From a virus (Duplodnaviria; Caudoviricetes), in the IMG/VR virus record IMGVR_UViG_3300043715_000001, positions 1-59,503 of that record: a stretch of 59,503 nucleotides of DNA, one strand, 5' to 3'. Positions 1 through 8,508 of the stretch are shown here, in pieces (position 1 is the stretch's first letter; each line of letters begins with the position of its first letter). Below the pieces are notes generated by a model. It was given only the letters and a program-made list of their open reading frames with translations. It was not told the origin of the DNA and did no database searches. A program made the position numbers and the translations under genes.

Positions 1-555
1 CAGCGCGTGGCGCGCACCAACTTCGGGCTCAAGCTTACGCCGCAGGAAGCCGCGGCGATCCACGCTACCTACCGCGTGACGTATCCCGGCGTCCCTATGT
101 ACTGGAAGCGCCAGATAAAGCAGGCCAAAGTCAACGGCTATGTCGAGACGCTCGCCGGGCGGCGCGTGTGGACAGGCTACAAGGCGGACTGGCAGCGCAT
201 CAAGGTCTCCACGGACGGCAGCAACGTCGTCGAGAACGTGGTGGACAACAGGTGGCAGGCCGAGAGCACAGCTATTAACTATCCAGTACAGGGAACCGGG
301 GCCGATCAGAAATACTTATCGCTCAAGGTATTGCGTGACTACCTACCAAGTGTAGAGGGCCGCTGGTATTACGAACTCCATGACGGCGTGTTCGTAATAG
401 TTCCAAACCGGTACGCTGACAAGGCTGCACATGAACTAAAACAGATCATGTCTAATCTTCCTTATGAGGAAGCTTGGGGCGTGACCCTACCTATACAGTT
501 CCCTGTAGATGTTAAACTCGGCCCTACTTGGGCTCAAATGAGAGAGGTGCACTAA
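1..555 (+). CDS. polA: Family A DNA polymerase, C-terminal part (5' truncated by window edge)
   Basis: GYVETLAGRR, AINYPVQGTGAD, motif C-like ELHDG, and FPVDVKLGPTW are typical PolA palm motifs. Confidence 0.9.
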   Translation, partial: QRVARTNFGLKLTPQEAAAIHATYRVTYPGVPMYWKRQIKQAKVNGYVETLAGRRVWTGYKADWQRIKVSTDGSNVVENVVDNRWQAESTAINYPVQGTGADQKYLSLKVLRDYLPSVEGRWYYELHDGVFVIVPNRYADKAAHELKQIMSNLPYEEAWGVTLPIQFPVDVKLGPTWAQMREVH

Positions 556-749
556 TGGCACGTATACCGTCCAAACTACTTGAGTCTGTACTTGAAGAAC
601 GTGTAGCTAATCTTGAGGAGAAGCTAGCGTTTCTTTGGCGCATGGTAATATTCCTCAGCGAGCATCCAGGCTACAAGGTGAATGACTATCTGATGGAGCG
701 CTCCCTAGAAGTGGCCGCGCTAACCAGGGCGAAGGAACCCGCGCTATGA
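555..749 (+). CDS. Small hypothetical protein
   Basis: ATG overlaps the polA stop (TAATG); its stop overlaps the next start (ATGA). Confidence 0.6.
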   Translation: MARIPSKLLESVLEERVANLEEKLAFLWRMVIFLSEHPGYKVNDYLMERSLEVAALTRAKEPAL

Positions 750-1189
750 CCATTATCGTTTTCGACGGCGTCACACTCGCCGCTGACCGCTTAGCAGTTT
801 GTTCGAATTTAAAAAGGAATATGACGAAAATCTGGCGTCACGGTGACATCATGTTCGGCGGCGCGGGCGTGCGCACCAACATTGAAGCCATGCGCAACTG
901 GGTGCTGGGCGGCTGCGACCCGGCGAAGTTCCCCAAGCTGCAGAAGAACGAGCACCAGACGGACGCGTTCTGGGTGATCAACAGGAACGGCGTCATTCGC
1001 AAGTTCGAAGACGAGCCGTTCGCGCTGGAGTATACCGACACAATCTTCGCCGAGGGTGGTGGCCGGGACTTCGCGTATGGCGCTATGGCTATGGGAGCTA
1101 CAGCTGTGCAGGCTGTGGAGATCGCCAACCGGTATGACTTGTATTGTGGGGGCGGCGTCGACTCACTTAGCTTTAACGACCCGGCGTAA
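746..1189 (+). CDS. Ntn-hydrolase (HslV/proteasome beta-like) protein
   Basis: N-terminal M-T-I-I...LAADR, and GGGRDFAYGAMAMGATAVQAVEIA...D.YCGGGV typical of phage Ntn proteases. Confidence 0.75.
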   Translation: MTIIVFDGVTLAADRLAVCSNLKRNMTKIWRHGDIMFGGAGVRTNIEAMRNWVLGGCDPAKFPKLQKNEHQTDAFWVINRNGVIRKFEDEPFALEYTDTIFAEGGGRDFAYGAMAMGATAVQAVEIANRYDLYCGGGVDSLSFNDPA

Positions 1190-1197
1190 ATGTGCGT

Positions 1198-1225
1198 TGT
1201 AAGCTAACAAAAACGTTGTATGATG
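1198..1225 (+). promoter_or_regulatory. Sigma70-like promoter with a GCTAACA box
   Basis: TTGTAA-N16-TATGAT with GCTAACA opening the spacer. Confidence 0.45.
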
Positions 1226-1254
1226 TCTTGCGTTATCAACAAGGTGTGGCCGTC

Positions 1255-1782
1255 ATGGTGGACAAAGAGGAAGTTGTAGAGGCAATCAATCTGCTAATCG
1301 AGTGCGAGCGATATGCTAAGTTCGTCAACGAGATGACAGGGATATTGGAGTCGTGGGACCAGCACCCCATGGCTTACGCTGGCGACCTAACGCCTCTCAA
1401 TGCGTTGCTACACATTGGGGTAAAGAACCGCGACAAGTTTGAGCGCGTGCTCAAGTTTATCGAGTCGAAGCGCAAGGAACGCCCCAAGCAACGGCGGCAA
1501 GATTACCAGCGAGAACTCATGGCGCAGCGCCGCGCAAGAGACGCCAAGGCAATAGACCTTGAGGAGTTGCAGCACGGGCCGATGTCCGCGCCACAGAAGA
1601 AGAAGTTCCTCAAGGAACTTCAGGAGCGCTGGGCTGTGGCCAAAGAGAAGTTCATCCAAGGCCAGGGCCGCCTGACATGGGACGAGCGCAACAAGAAGAG
1701 CCAGGAGTTCTGGGCCAGCGTAGACAAGAGGCTCGACATCAACCTCGCGCACGAGCGCCAGAAGAAGAGGGGACTGACGTGA
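1255..1782 (+). CDS. Hypothetical charged helical protein
   Basis: Long ORF in operon orientation; ATG at 1255 chosen because it lies downstream of the promoter. Confidence 0.7.
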   Translation: MVDKEEVVEAINLLIECERYAKFVNEMTGILESWDQHPMAYAGDLTPLNALLHIGVKNRDKFERVLKFIESKRKERPKQRRQDYQRELMAQRRARDAKAIDLEELQHGPMSAPQKKKFLKELQERWAVAKEKFIQGQGRLTWDERNKKSQEFWASVDKRLDINLAHERQKKRGLT

Positions 1783-2249
1783 CACCATTCAGAGAGACAA
1801 CCCTTGGGCAACAAGTCCAAGGGATCAGGGAGGCGAACCGGCAGCACATGATCAAACCTAAACCACCGCGGACGAAGTCCTTGGACTGGTCCACAGCTGA
1901 GCTTAAGAGGGCCATCACGCTCCGACTGACTGGCGGCAGCTGGGATGCAATCGCCGAAGACCTTGGGACCGGGCGCGCGCCACGGGGCGTGCAGGTGCAG
2001 GTCAACCGCTACCTCAGGCGGCTGATGACTGAAGCAGTCTCCGAGGCGGAGCTGTTCGACGAGGCCCATGTCTACGCTGAACTGCGGGCGGCGACTGATG
2101 GCTACCACGGGGTGCAGCACTGGGCCGAGGAGCATGGGTTCCATGTCTCGACCATTCACAAGCAGCGGAGCGCGGAACACAAGCTGAGCGCGTCGGTGGC
2201 GCGGGCGCTCGGCTACGAGCGGTGTGTGGTGTATCGCAAAAAGCGTTGA
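1779..2249 (+). CDS. Putative HTH DNA-binding protein
   Basis: GTGA overlap with upstream stop; AITLRLTGGSWDAIAEDLG HTH-like segment and a second HTH-like C-terminal segment. Confidence 0.55.
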   Translation: MTPFRETTLGQQVQGIREANRQHMIKPKPPRTKSLDWSTAELKRAITLRLTGGSWDAIAEDLGTGRAPRGVQVQVNRYLRRLMTEAVSEAELFDEAHVYAELRAATDGYHGVQHWAEEHGFHVSTIHKQRSAEHKLSASVARALGYERCVVYRKKR

Positions 2250-2274
2250 CGCTAACAAACGAAACTGTTAGCAT
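2246..2274 (+). promoter_or_regulatory. Sigma70-like promoter overlapped by an inverted GCTAACA/TGTTAGC pair
   Basis: TTGACG-N17-TAGCAT; GCTAACA 2251-2257 and TGTTAGC 2266-2272. Confidence 0.6.
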
Positions 2275-2300
2275 GTTAACACTAACGAGGGAAAACTGAT

Positions 2301-2597
2301 ATGGTAGACGCACCCCAGCAACTAGACCTATTGCCGAGCTTTCTCGACAAGGCAGAAACGCTTATCGGCGGCGATCGCCCGAAGACTTACGGCCACGCAC
2401 GTGATAATTTTCGCTGTATTGCTAAGCTCTGGAGCGCGTACCTGACGACCCGCTTCGGCTTCTCTGACCACCTAACAGCGCACGACGTGTGCTACTTAAT
2501 GGCTCTCTTGAAGGTTGCGCGACTTGCTAACAGCCCGCTTCACGAGGATAGTGTCGTTGATGCTTTGGGTTATTTAGCCCTCGCTGAGAGGGTGTAG
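2301..2597 (+). CDS. DUF6378-like phage protein
   Basis: GDRPKTYGHARDNFRCIAKLWSAYL...DVCYLMALLKVARL...HEDSVVDALGY family pattern. Confidence 0.75.
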   Translation: MVDAPQQLDLLPSFLDKAETLIGGDRPKTYGHARDNFRCIAKLWSAYLTTRFGFSDHLTAHDVCYLMALLKVARLANSPLHEDSVVDALGYLALAERV

Positions 2598-2599
2598 CC

Positions 2600-3271
2600 A
2601 TGAGACCTTTTACGTGGTCGTACTCAGCACTGACTGCCTTTGAAACGTGTCCGCGCCGCTATTTTTTGACACGCATCTCCAAGCAAGCGCAGGAAGTCCA
2701 AACCAAAGAGACTTTGTGGGGGAATAGGGTTCATAAGGCGATGGAGCTGCGCGTCGGCAGGGGGACACCACTGCCGGAGGACATGAAGGACTACGAGAAG
2801 ATAGCTGCGCCTGTCGCTGCCCAGCGCCAGACCGGTGCCAAGATCGCAGTCGAGCAAAAGCTGGCGCTGACCGCTAACTTCAGACCTACTGAGTATTTTT
2901 CAAAAAACGTGTGGCTGCGCTCGGTCGCCGACGTAATCCTCGAGAAGAAGGACAGCGCAGTGGTGCTCGACCACAAAACTGGGAAAAAGAAACCCGACAG
3001 CCAACAACTGAAGCTTTCGGCAGCCGTGGTGTTCGCCACCAAGCCCTACATCCAGAAGATCACATGCAGCTTCTTGTGGCTCACGGACGGCTCGAACACC
3101 ACCGAGAAGTTTGAACGCGAAGACGCGCCCGGCATCTGGCAAGACTTCGCTCCCCGCGTGAAGCGCATGGAGGAGGCGATCAAGCTGCAGAAGTTCCCGC
3201 CCAACCCAAGCGGGCTCTGCCGGAAGTGGTGTCCAGTAGGAAAAGCTCTATGCGATCATTGTGGTGAGTAG
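2600..3271 (+). CDS. PD-(D/E)XK Cas4/RecB-like exonuclease
   Basis: WSYS..FETCPRRY, GNRVHKAME, AD...DHKTGK, QLKL motifs and C-terminal CRKWCP..C cluster. Confidence 0.85.
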   Translation: MRPFTWSYSALTAFETCPRRYFLTRISKQAQEVQTKETLWGNRVHKAMELRVGRGTPLPEDMKDYEKIAAPVAAQRQTGAKIAVEQKLALTANFRPTEYFSKNVWLRSVADVILEKKDSAVVLDHKTGKKKPDSQQLKLSAAVVFATKPYIQKITCSFLWLTDGSNTTEKFEREDAPGIWQDFAPRVKRMEEAIKLQKFPPNPSGLCRKWCPVGKALCDHCGE

Positions 3272-3273
3272 CA

Positions 3274-3708
3274 ATGGGACATGGCCACACGCGGAACGGG
3301 AGATTTAGCCCTGAGTATCAGTCGTGGGCCTATATGATCCAGCGATGCACGAACCCAAAGCGCAAGGACTTCCATCGCTACGGAGGACGAGGCATCAAGG
3401 TCTGTAACCGCTGGCTGACGTTCGAGAACTTCCTTGCAGACATGGGGCCGCGCCCCGCGGGGCTGCTGCTCGACCGACTTAACAACGATGGTGACTACGA
3501 ACCGAGCAACTGCGAGTGGAGGACGAAGGCGCAGCAGGTCCGTAACCGGTGCACTAACAGAGTGCTGACGTATCAAGGTAGAACCATGTGCATCATGGAT
3601 TGGGCAGCAGAAATTGGCGCACCGTGGAGCAGCCTGTTTTACAGGATCAACCGCGGCTGGACAGTAGAGCGAGCCCTAAGCGAACCGTTCAAAAGGAGGG
3701 CAACGTAA
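3274..3708 (+). CDS. HNH-type homing endonuclease
   Basis: YQSW..MIQRC...YGGRGIKVCNRW..FENFLADMGPRP...LDRLNNDGDYEPSNCEW. Confidence 0.85.
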   Translation: MGHGHTRNGRFSPEYQSWAYMIQRCTNPKRKDFHRYGGRGIKVCNRWLTFENFLADMGPRPAGLLLDRLNNDGDYEPSNCEWRTKAQQVRNRCTNRVLTYQGRTMCIMDWAAEIGAPWSSLFYRINRGWTVERALSEPFKRRAT

Positions 3709-3899
3709 TGGCAGCATACCACCGCACCCGGCGCGACGGCATCTTCATAAGATACAAAGGCAGGACTCAGAACATCGCCGCGTGGGCTGAGCAGTTAGGC
3801 ATTCGTTACAGCACGTTGTATTTGCGCATCAAGCGGTACAAGTGGACAGTAGATCGGGCGTTTACTCAGCCCACGAGGCAGCACCATGCCCACGCCTGA
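3708..3899 (+). CDS. Stand-alone copy of the HNH C-terminal DNA-binding module
   Basis: YKGRTQNIAAWAEQLGI.YSTLY.RI...WTVDRAFTQP parallels YQGRTMCIMDWAAEIGAPWSSLFYRINRGWTVERALSEP of the upstream gene; AGGAGG RBS and TAATG coupling. Confidence 0.65.
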   Translation: MAAYHRTRRDGIFIRYKGRTQNIAAWAEQLGIRYSTLYLRIKRYKWTVDRAFTQPTRQHHAHA

Positions 3900-4191
3900 A
3901 ACAAAAACGAAGAACAAGATTAAGGAGTACCTAAAGACGGTAGAGGGTTGCTGGTTCTACTCTGCTGCCGCTGGCGCGTACTCCACCCACGGGGTGCCGG
4001 ATATAGTCGGGCTTATACGTGGGCGGTTTTTTGGAATTGAGGTGAAGCGTCCCGGCGCAGAGAAGAACACCACCAAGCTTCAAGACTACGCGTTGGAGTG
4101 TATTCGTAGAGCCGGGGGCCTCGCCTTTGTGGCGTCGGATGTTGACACCGTCAAGCATCAACTCTTTTTAGCGGGGCTCGTAATCCCATGA
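3886..4191 (+). CDS. VRR-NUC nuclease / Holliday junction resolvase
   Basis: PE...K, GVPDIVG, FFGIEVKRPG, LQ...I..AGGLAFV. Confidence 0.85.
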   Translation: MPTPETKTKNKIKEYLKTVEGCWFYSAAAGAYSTHGVPDIVGLIRGRFFGIEVKRPGAEKNTTKLQDYALECIRRAGGLAFVASDVDTVKHQLFLAGLVIP

Positions 4192-4472
4192 ACCTATTTG
4201 ATCGCATCAGAGCTTGGGCGGACTCCAAGCGCATCCCCAAAGACGAGACGGACGTACACCGCTTCGCTAAGGTAGCGCACGCTATGGACGAACTCATGCT
4301 CGGCTTCGTGCAGCACGACCGCGCGCAGGCGTTGGACGGGCTTGGGAACCTCGTGGTCGAACTCACTCTATTCGCCACGCACATGGGGCTGCCTATCGAG
4401 ACAGCCATCCACGAAGCCTGGACGAAGCGCCTGAGGGCCGAGGCGGACGCGGCGCGCAAGGCGGCAGCCTGA
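4188..4472 (+). CDS. MazG-like all-alpha NTP pyrophosphatase family, acidic motif degenerate
   Basis: IRAWA...K......EL......D.....DGLGNLVV.L...A...GL.IE.AI..AW layout of phage MazG-like proteins. Confidence 0.5.
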   Translation: MNLFDRIRAWADSKRIPKDETDVHRFAKVAHAMDELMLGFVQHDRAQALDGLGNLVVELTLFATHMGLPIETAIHEAWTKRLRAEADAARKAAA

Positions 4473-4729
4473 TGTTGCGCTACGTCACCATTGAAAAGTT
4501 CTCGCAGCTGTCAGGGTACACCGAGGCAGCCGTGCGATCCAAGATCAACGGTGGCGTCTGGATGGAGGGCGTGCAATACAAACGCGCGCCCGACAGTCGC
4601 ATCCTCATAGATGTAAAGGAGTTTGAGAGATGGGTAGAAAACCAGGGGCCGGTGTCGAAGCCCTCGCCACCACGATACGGGTCTCGTTTCAATACCAAGG
4701 CAGACGTGTACGGGAGACACTCGGAATAA
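4472..4729 (+). CDS. xis: Excisionase (winged helix)
   Basis: RYVTIEKFSQLSGYTEAAVRSKINGGVWMEGVQYKRAPDSRILIDVKEFERWVE; overlaps the integrase start. Confidence 0.85.
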   Translation: MLRYVTIEKFSQLSGYTEAAVRSKINGGVWMEGVQYKRAPDSRILIDVKEFERWVENQGPVSKPSPPRYGSRFNTKADVYGRHSE

Positions 4730-5724
4730 AGCCGACGCCTGGAAACCTTAAGGCTGCAGCCCGGCTCGTGCACGACGTGAAGGAACAAATTCGGCGCGGG
4801 ACGTTCGACTATGCCACGGCGTTCCCCGGCTCGAAGCACGCACAGTGCGCATGTGGCGCGACGTTTAACGAGTACGCCGAGAAGTGGCTTGCCCTCCACC
4901 AAGTGGAGCACTCGACGAGGAGCGTTTACGAGAGCTACCTGAGGGTCTGGAGCACGGCGTTTGGGAACAGGCCGATCAACACCATCACGGTGGAAGATAT
5001 TAAGCGTGTCGTGGCCGAGCGTGTAGAGAGTGGGGTCAGCGCCAAGGGCATTAACAACAACCTGGACCCTCTGCGTGGTGTGCTGGCGTTCGCTGTGGAG
5101 AGCGGCGCGCTGTCGTCCAATCCTGCAGAGTCGGTCAAGAGATTGAAGGTGCAGAAAGCCGAGCCGGACCCGTTCACCAAGGACGAGATGGAGTCCATAC
5201 TCGCATGGATGGGGCGGCACGCACCCAGTGAAGTATGCGCGTGGTACACGGTGGCGTTCACCACTGGGTTGCGCCCGAGCGAGCAATGCGCTTTGCGTCC
5301 CGAGGACATCGTTGGTGGCAAGCTTAAGATCGAGCGCGCGTTCGTGCGCGGCAAGATGAAGGGGACCAAGACGCGGCGCGTCAGATATGTCGACCTGTCG
5401 AGCCGGGCGGTGCAAGGGTTAAACGGTTTAACCTGGGGCTCGCTCCACACTGAGGTAAGCTTGTGGGCCATGCACCGGCAATACTGGGTGACGTGTCTTG
5501 TGGCGCTTGGTATTCGCCACCGGTCGCCGTATCATACAAGGCACACCTACGCGACGGTCGCGCTCATGAGCGGAGTCAACCCGGCCTACATCTCGCGCCA
5601 GCTGGGGCACTCCACGATGGCGCTGCTCTTGTCCACGTACTCGCGCTGGATCGATGACGCGGACGGCGGCGCTGAGCGGGCGAAGGTGGAGCGGGCATTC
5701 TGTCCACGAGTTGCCCACGACTAG
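4630..5724 (+). CDS. int: Tyrosine integrase with N-terminal arm-binding domain
   Basis: Arm domain IRVSFQYQGRRVRETL..KPTPGNLKAA; catalytic R (TGLRPSE), K (TKT), HxxR (HTRH), H (QLGH), Y (TYSRW). Confidence 0.95.
   Translation: MGRKPGAGVEALATTIRVSFQYQGRRVRETLGIKPTPGNLKAAARLVHDVKEQIRRGTFDYATAFPGSKHAQCACGATFNEYAEKWLALHQVEHSTRSVYESYLRVWSTAFGNRPINTITVEDIKRVVAERVESGVSAKGINNNLDPLRGVLAFAVESGALSSNPAESVKRLKVQKAEPDPFTKDEMESILAWMGRHAPSEVCAWYTVAFTTGLRPSEQCALRPEDIVGGKLKIERAFVRGKMKGTKTRRVRYVDLSSRAVQGLNGLTWGSLHTEVSLWAMHRQYWVTCLVALGIRHRSPYHTRHTYATVALMSGVNPAYISRQLGHSTMALLLSTYSRWIDDADGGAERAKVERAFCPRVAHD
5417..5433. repeat. 17-bp palindrome copy 1 (inside int)
   Basis: GGTTAAACGGTTTAACC. Confidence 0.8.
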
Positions 5725-5914
5725 GTGTAAGTTGTTGAATTTGTTGTGTGATGGTGGCGTACTGTAAAGCTCGGAGGGTATCGGGGCCTGTAAATCAAGC
5801 CCCGCGAGAGCAGGCTTTGCAGTGCTAGCTTACGGATTATCAATGACTTGGTTCGTGTGGGTTCGTGTGGGTTCGTTTATTCTTCCACGCGGACTGCCTA
5901 CGGATTGCCCACGG
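5701..5914. other. Putative attP region
   Basis: Arm-like TGYCYACGR repeats at 5701, 5712, 5895, 5906; IHF-consensus TATCAATGACTTG 5838-5850 and a near-match at 5728-5740; GGTTCGTGTG x2 plus GGTTCGTTTA 5850-5879; directly after int. Confidence 0.65.
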
Positions 5915-5922
5915 AGAGGATC

Positions 5923-6117
5923 ATGGACAAAACAACGAGAGTCACCATCCTGTGCATGGCGGTCGCGATTGTGCTGACCGAGGTTCACGTCATCCGGCTT
6001 CAGCGGCGCGTCGACGCGCTCTACGGTGTTCCGGTTCACGTCGACTTCAGTATCCCGGCAGGACCGACAAGCGACCCGTCTCTGCAGGTGCCTTTGACCG
6101 AGTCGAACAAGAAGTAG
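5923..6117 (+). CDS. Small membrane-anchored protein
   Basis: GGAGAGG RBS; hydrophobic N-terminus VTILCMAVAIVL. Confidence 0.6.
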   Translation: MDKTTRVTILCMAVAIVLTEVHVIRLQRRVDALYGVPVHVDFSIPAGPTSDPSLQVPLTESNKK

Positions 6118-6152
6118 TAAGGTCGCCTCGTTGTTGTTAAGAGGAGCCCAAC

Positions 6153-6323
6153 ATGAAGAAGCCGTTGTACCGCGTCACAGGCATAAAGAGGAGAGACAGG
6201 ATGGACGAACCGCTTTACCGCATTCAGCGTGAGGCAAGCGAGGACACGCACTGGCGCTGGTTCTGGATGCTGCTCGCGTTCTGGAAATGGAAACTTTGGG
6301 GCAGAGGGAGGATCAATGGGTAG
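6153..6323 (+). CDS. 56-aa Trp-rich peptide (below ORF-track cutoff)
   Basis: GAGGAG RBS; MKKPLYRVTGIKRRDRMDEPLYRIQREASEDTHWRWFWMLLAFWKWKLWGRGRING. Confidence 0.55.
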   Translation: MKKPLYRVTGIKRRDRMDEPLYRIQREASEDTHWRWFWMLLAFWKWKLWGRGRING

Positions 6324-6396
6324 GCTCATTGACTTGACAGGTCAGACTTTTGGGAAGGTGAACGGGAGGGAATACCGTGATCGTGCACACGCCTAG
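6316..6396 (+). pseudogene. N-terminal remnant of an HNH/AP2 homing endonuclease
   Basis: GGGAGG RBS then MGRLIDLTGQTFGKV..., the DLTGxxFGxL N-terminal motif, stopping after 26 aa. Confidence 0.55.
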
Positions 6397-7930
6397 TCGC
6401 AAGATAGTACTTAAATTAAAAGACCCTGCGAGGATCACCACCGTGATCCCGTCTGCCAAGGCGTTCGAGTTCCGCGGCGAGACGTTGGTCGCGGTGCCGC
6501 ACCGGCTCGACGAGGTGAAGGTGCTTCGCAACCTCGGGCATAGCGCACCATCCCCGGCGAAGTTCTTCTATGCCTTTCCCGGTCGCTTCAAACCATTCGA
6601 GGCGCAGCTGGAAACGGTCGACTTTCTCACCGTGAACCCGCGGGCGTTTGTGTTGAGCGAGATGGGTTGTGGGAAAACTTTGAGTTGCCTATGGGCTTGG
6701 GACTACCTCCGGTCGATAGGGAAGGCGAACAAGCTACTAGTCGTTGCGCCACTCTCAACGCTGTCCGCTGTGTGGGAGCAGGAAATTTTCCAAAGCTTCC
6801 CAAGCTTGGCAATAGCTGTACTCCACGGGAGCAAAGACCGCAGGCTTAAGCTTCTCAAAGACGACAGCTTCGATGTATACATTATCAATCATCACGGCAT
6901 GGAGGTTGTGGAGAAAGAGCTTATTGCGAAGACCAGCATCGACACAGTCATCGTGGATGAACTCGCCACCTTCCGGAACGGCTCGACTGACCTGTGGAAA
7001 TCACTCAGGAAAGTTTGCTTGGGCCGAGAGCGAGTGTGGGGGTTGACCGGCACGCCCACCCCGAACTCCCCGACAGATGCGTATGCTCAGGTTAAGCTGA
7101 TAGCCCCCAGCAACGTGCCGCATTTCTTCGGGCAGTGGCGTGACATGGTTTGCATTAAGAAAGGCCCGTTCGCCTGGGAGCCGCGGAAGAACGCCACTCA
7201 GATCGTGGCTAACGTCATGCGTCCAGCGATACGGTTCACACGGGCTGACTGTGTCGACCTGCCTGAGACGATGTACACTGACCGAGACGTGGCGCTCACT
7301 AAAGAGCAGGCAGACGCCTACAAGCAAATGCTCTCCAGCCTGCGAGCAGACCTTGCTAACGGAACGCTTCAAGCTATTAACGAAGCGGTAAAGATTAGCA
7401 AGTTAATTCAGTGCTGCGTGGGAGCAGGTTATGACGTGAACGGGAACGGCATCCGGCTCGATGTCACCCCTCGCATCACAGAGCTTCTCGACATTATCGA
7501 GCAGTCAGAAGGCAAGGTGTTGACATTTGTTCCATTCACCGCAGCGCTGGAGCAGGTTGCAGAGAAGCTGAGTGCCCACCATGACGTTGCTGTGGTGCAT
7601 GGTGGGACAAGTAAGTCTGCACGCGATACCATCTTTAGTGAATTTCAAAAGACTGCTGCCCCTAGAGTAATAGTGGCGAACGCGGGAACTCTCAGTCACG
7701 GTCTCACACTTACAGCCGCGTCGTCAGTAGTATGGTTCGGTCCACCGTCGTCATCAGAACAGTACACCCAGGCCAACGCTCGTGTAACAAGGCCGGGACA
7801 AAAGAAGAATACGCTAATTGTACACATGATCGGTAGTCCAGTTGAAAAGAAAATCTATACGCGATTGAAGAAGCGTCAAAGTTTACAGGGGCTTCTGCTA
7901 GATATCCTTGAGGAGAGGGAAAATGTATAG
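6377..7930 (+). CDS. SNF2-family (SF2) helicase
   Basis: EMGCGKT, VIVDE, GLTGTP, GLTLTAA, QANARVTRPGQ. Confidence 0.92.
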   Translation: MIVHTPSRKIVLKLKDPARITTVIPSAKAFEFRGETLVAVPHRLDEVKVLRNLGHSAPSPAKFFYAFPGRFKPFEAQLETVDFLTVNPRAFVLSEMGCGKTLSCLWAWDYLRSIGKANKLLVVAPLSTLSAVWEQEIFQSFPSLAIAVLHGSKDRRLKLLKDDSFDVYIINHHGMEVVEKELIAKTSIDTVIVDELATFRNGSTDLWKSLRKVCLGRERVWGLTGTPTPNSPTDAYAQVKLIAPSNVPHFFGQWRDMVCIKKGPFAWEPRKNATQIVANVMRPAIRFTRADCVDLPETMYTDRDVALTKEQADAYKQMLSSLRADLANGTLQAINEAVKISKLIQCCVGAGYDVNGNGIRLDVTPRITELLDIIEQSEGKVLTFVPFTAALEQVAEKLSAHHDVAVVHGGTSKSARDTIFSEFQKTAAPRVIVANAGTLSHGLTLTAASSVVWFGPPSSSEQYTQANARVTRPGQKKNTLIVHMIGSPVEKKIYTRLKKRQSLQGLLLDILEERENV

Positions 7931-7978
7931 AGCTAAGCACAATACGTGGAACCACCAGTCAGGAGATGCTAACCAGTC

Positions 7979-8007
7979 TTGACATAAGCCGCTAACAACT
8001 GTATACT
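7979..8007 (+). promoter_or_regulatory. Sigma70-like promoter with GCTAACA in the spacer
   Basis: TTGACA-N17-TATACT; GCTAAC at 7968, 7991, 8034. Confidence 0.75.
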
Positions 8008-8052
8008 AGTATACATAATCGAGAAACCGGCCAGCTAACAAGGAGACACGCT

Positions 8053-8445
8053 ATGGCTGAAGCACAAAACGCAGAACAACTCGTGGCAATCTATGTGAAG
8101 CTGCGGGATGGTAAAAAAGCAGAGGCGAAAGCGTTCAAGGAGCGCGTCGAGAAGATCGACCAAGCCATGAGCAAGCTCGAAGCCAAGCTGCTTGTGCAGT
8201 TGGATGCAGTCGGTGGCGAAGGTATCCGGACTAAGTCCGGCACCGCTTACAAGACGACGAAAACGTCGGCTACAGTTGCAGACTGGGATAGCCTGTTGAA
8301 GTTCATCATCGCGGATAACGCGTACCACATGCTCGAACACCGTGTCTCTAAAGAAGCGGTCGTCGAGTACAAGGAGGAGCACAAAGACGTTCCGCCGGGA
8401 GTTAGTTGGCGCGAGGAAATCACTGTCGGCGTTCGCCGGTCGTAA
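8053..8445 (+). CDS. Conserved phage coiled-coil protein of the replication/recombination module
   Basis: AAGGAG RBS; coiled-coil N-terminus followed by V.DWD...FI...LE.RVS...PPGV. Confidence 0.7.
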   Translation: MAEAQNAEQLVAIYVKLRDGKKAEAKAFKERVEKIDQAMSKLEAKLLVQLDAVGGEGIRTKSGTAYKTTKTSATVADWDSLLKFIIADNAYHMLEHRVSKEAVVEYKEEHKDVPPGVSWREEITVGVRRS

Positions 8446-8508
8446 GATAATCCTAACAAAAACCGCTGGGGCGCGGAACGAGCCCTAACCCAAACTATGG
8501 AGACACAC

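Noticed and set aside
2600-3271. Cas4-like nuclease as evidence of a CRISPR system
   Set aside because: No repeat-spacer array or other cas gene is visible; solo Cas4-like nucleases are common in phage replication modules
5745-5830. tRNA or tmRNA 3' end (minus strand ...CGCCACCA)
   Set aside because: No T-arm (GTTCRA) or cloverleaf can be built
5851-5874. GTTC repeats as an alphaproteobacterial LexA box
   Set aside because: Spacing is GTTC-N6-GTTC, not N7; better explained as att-region repeats
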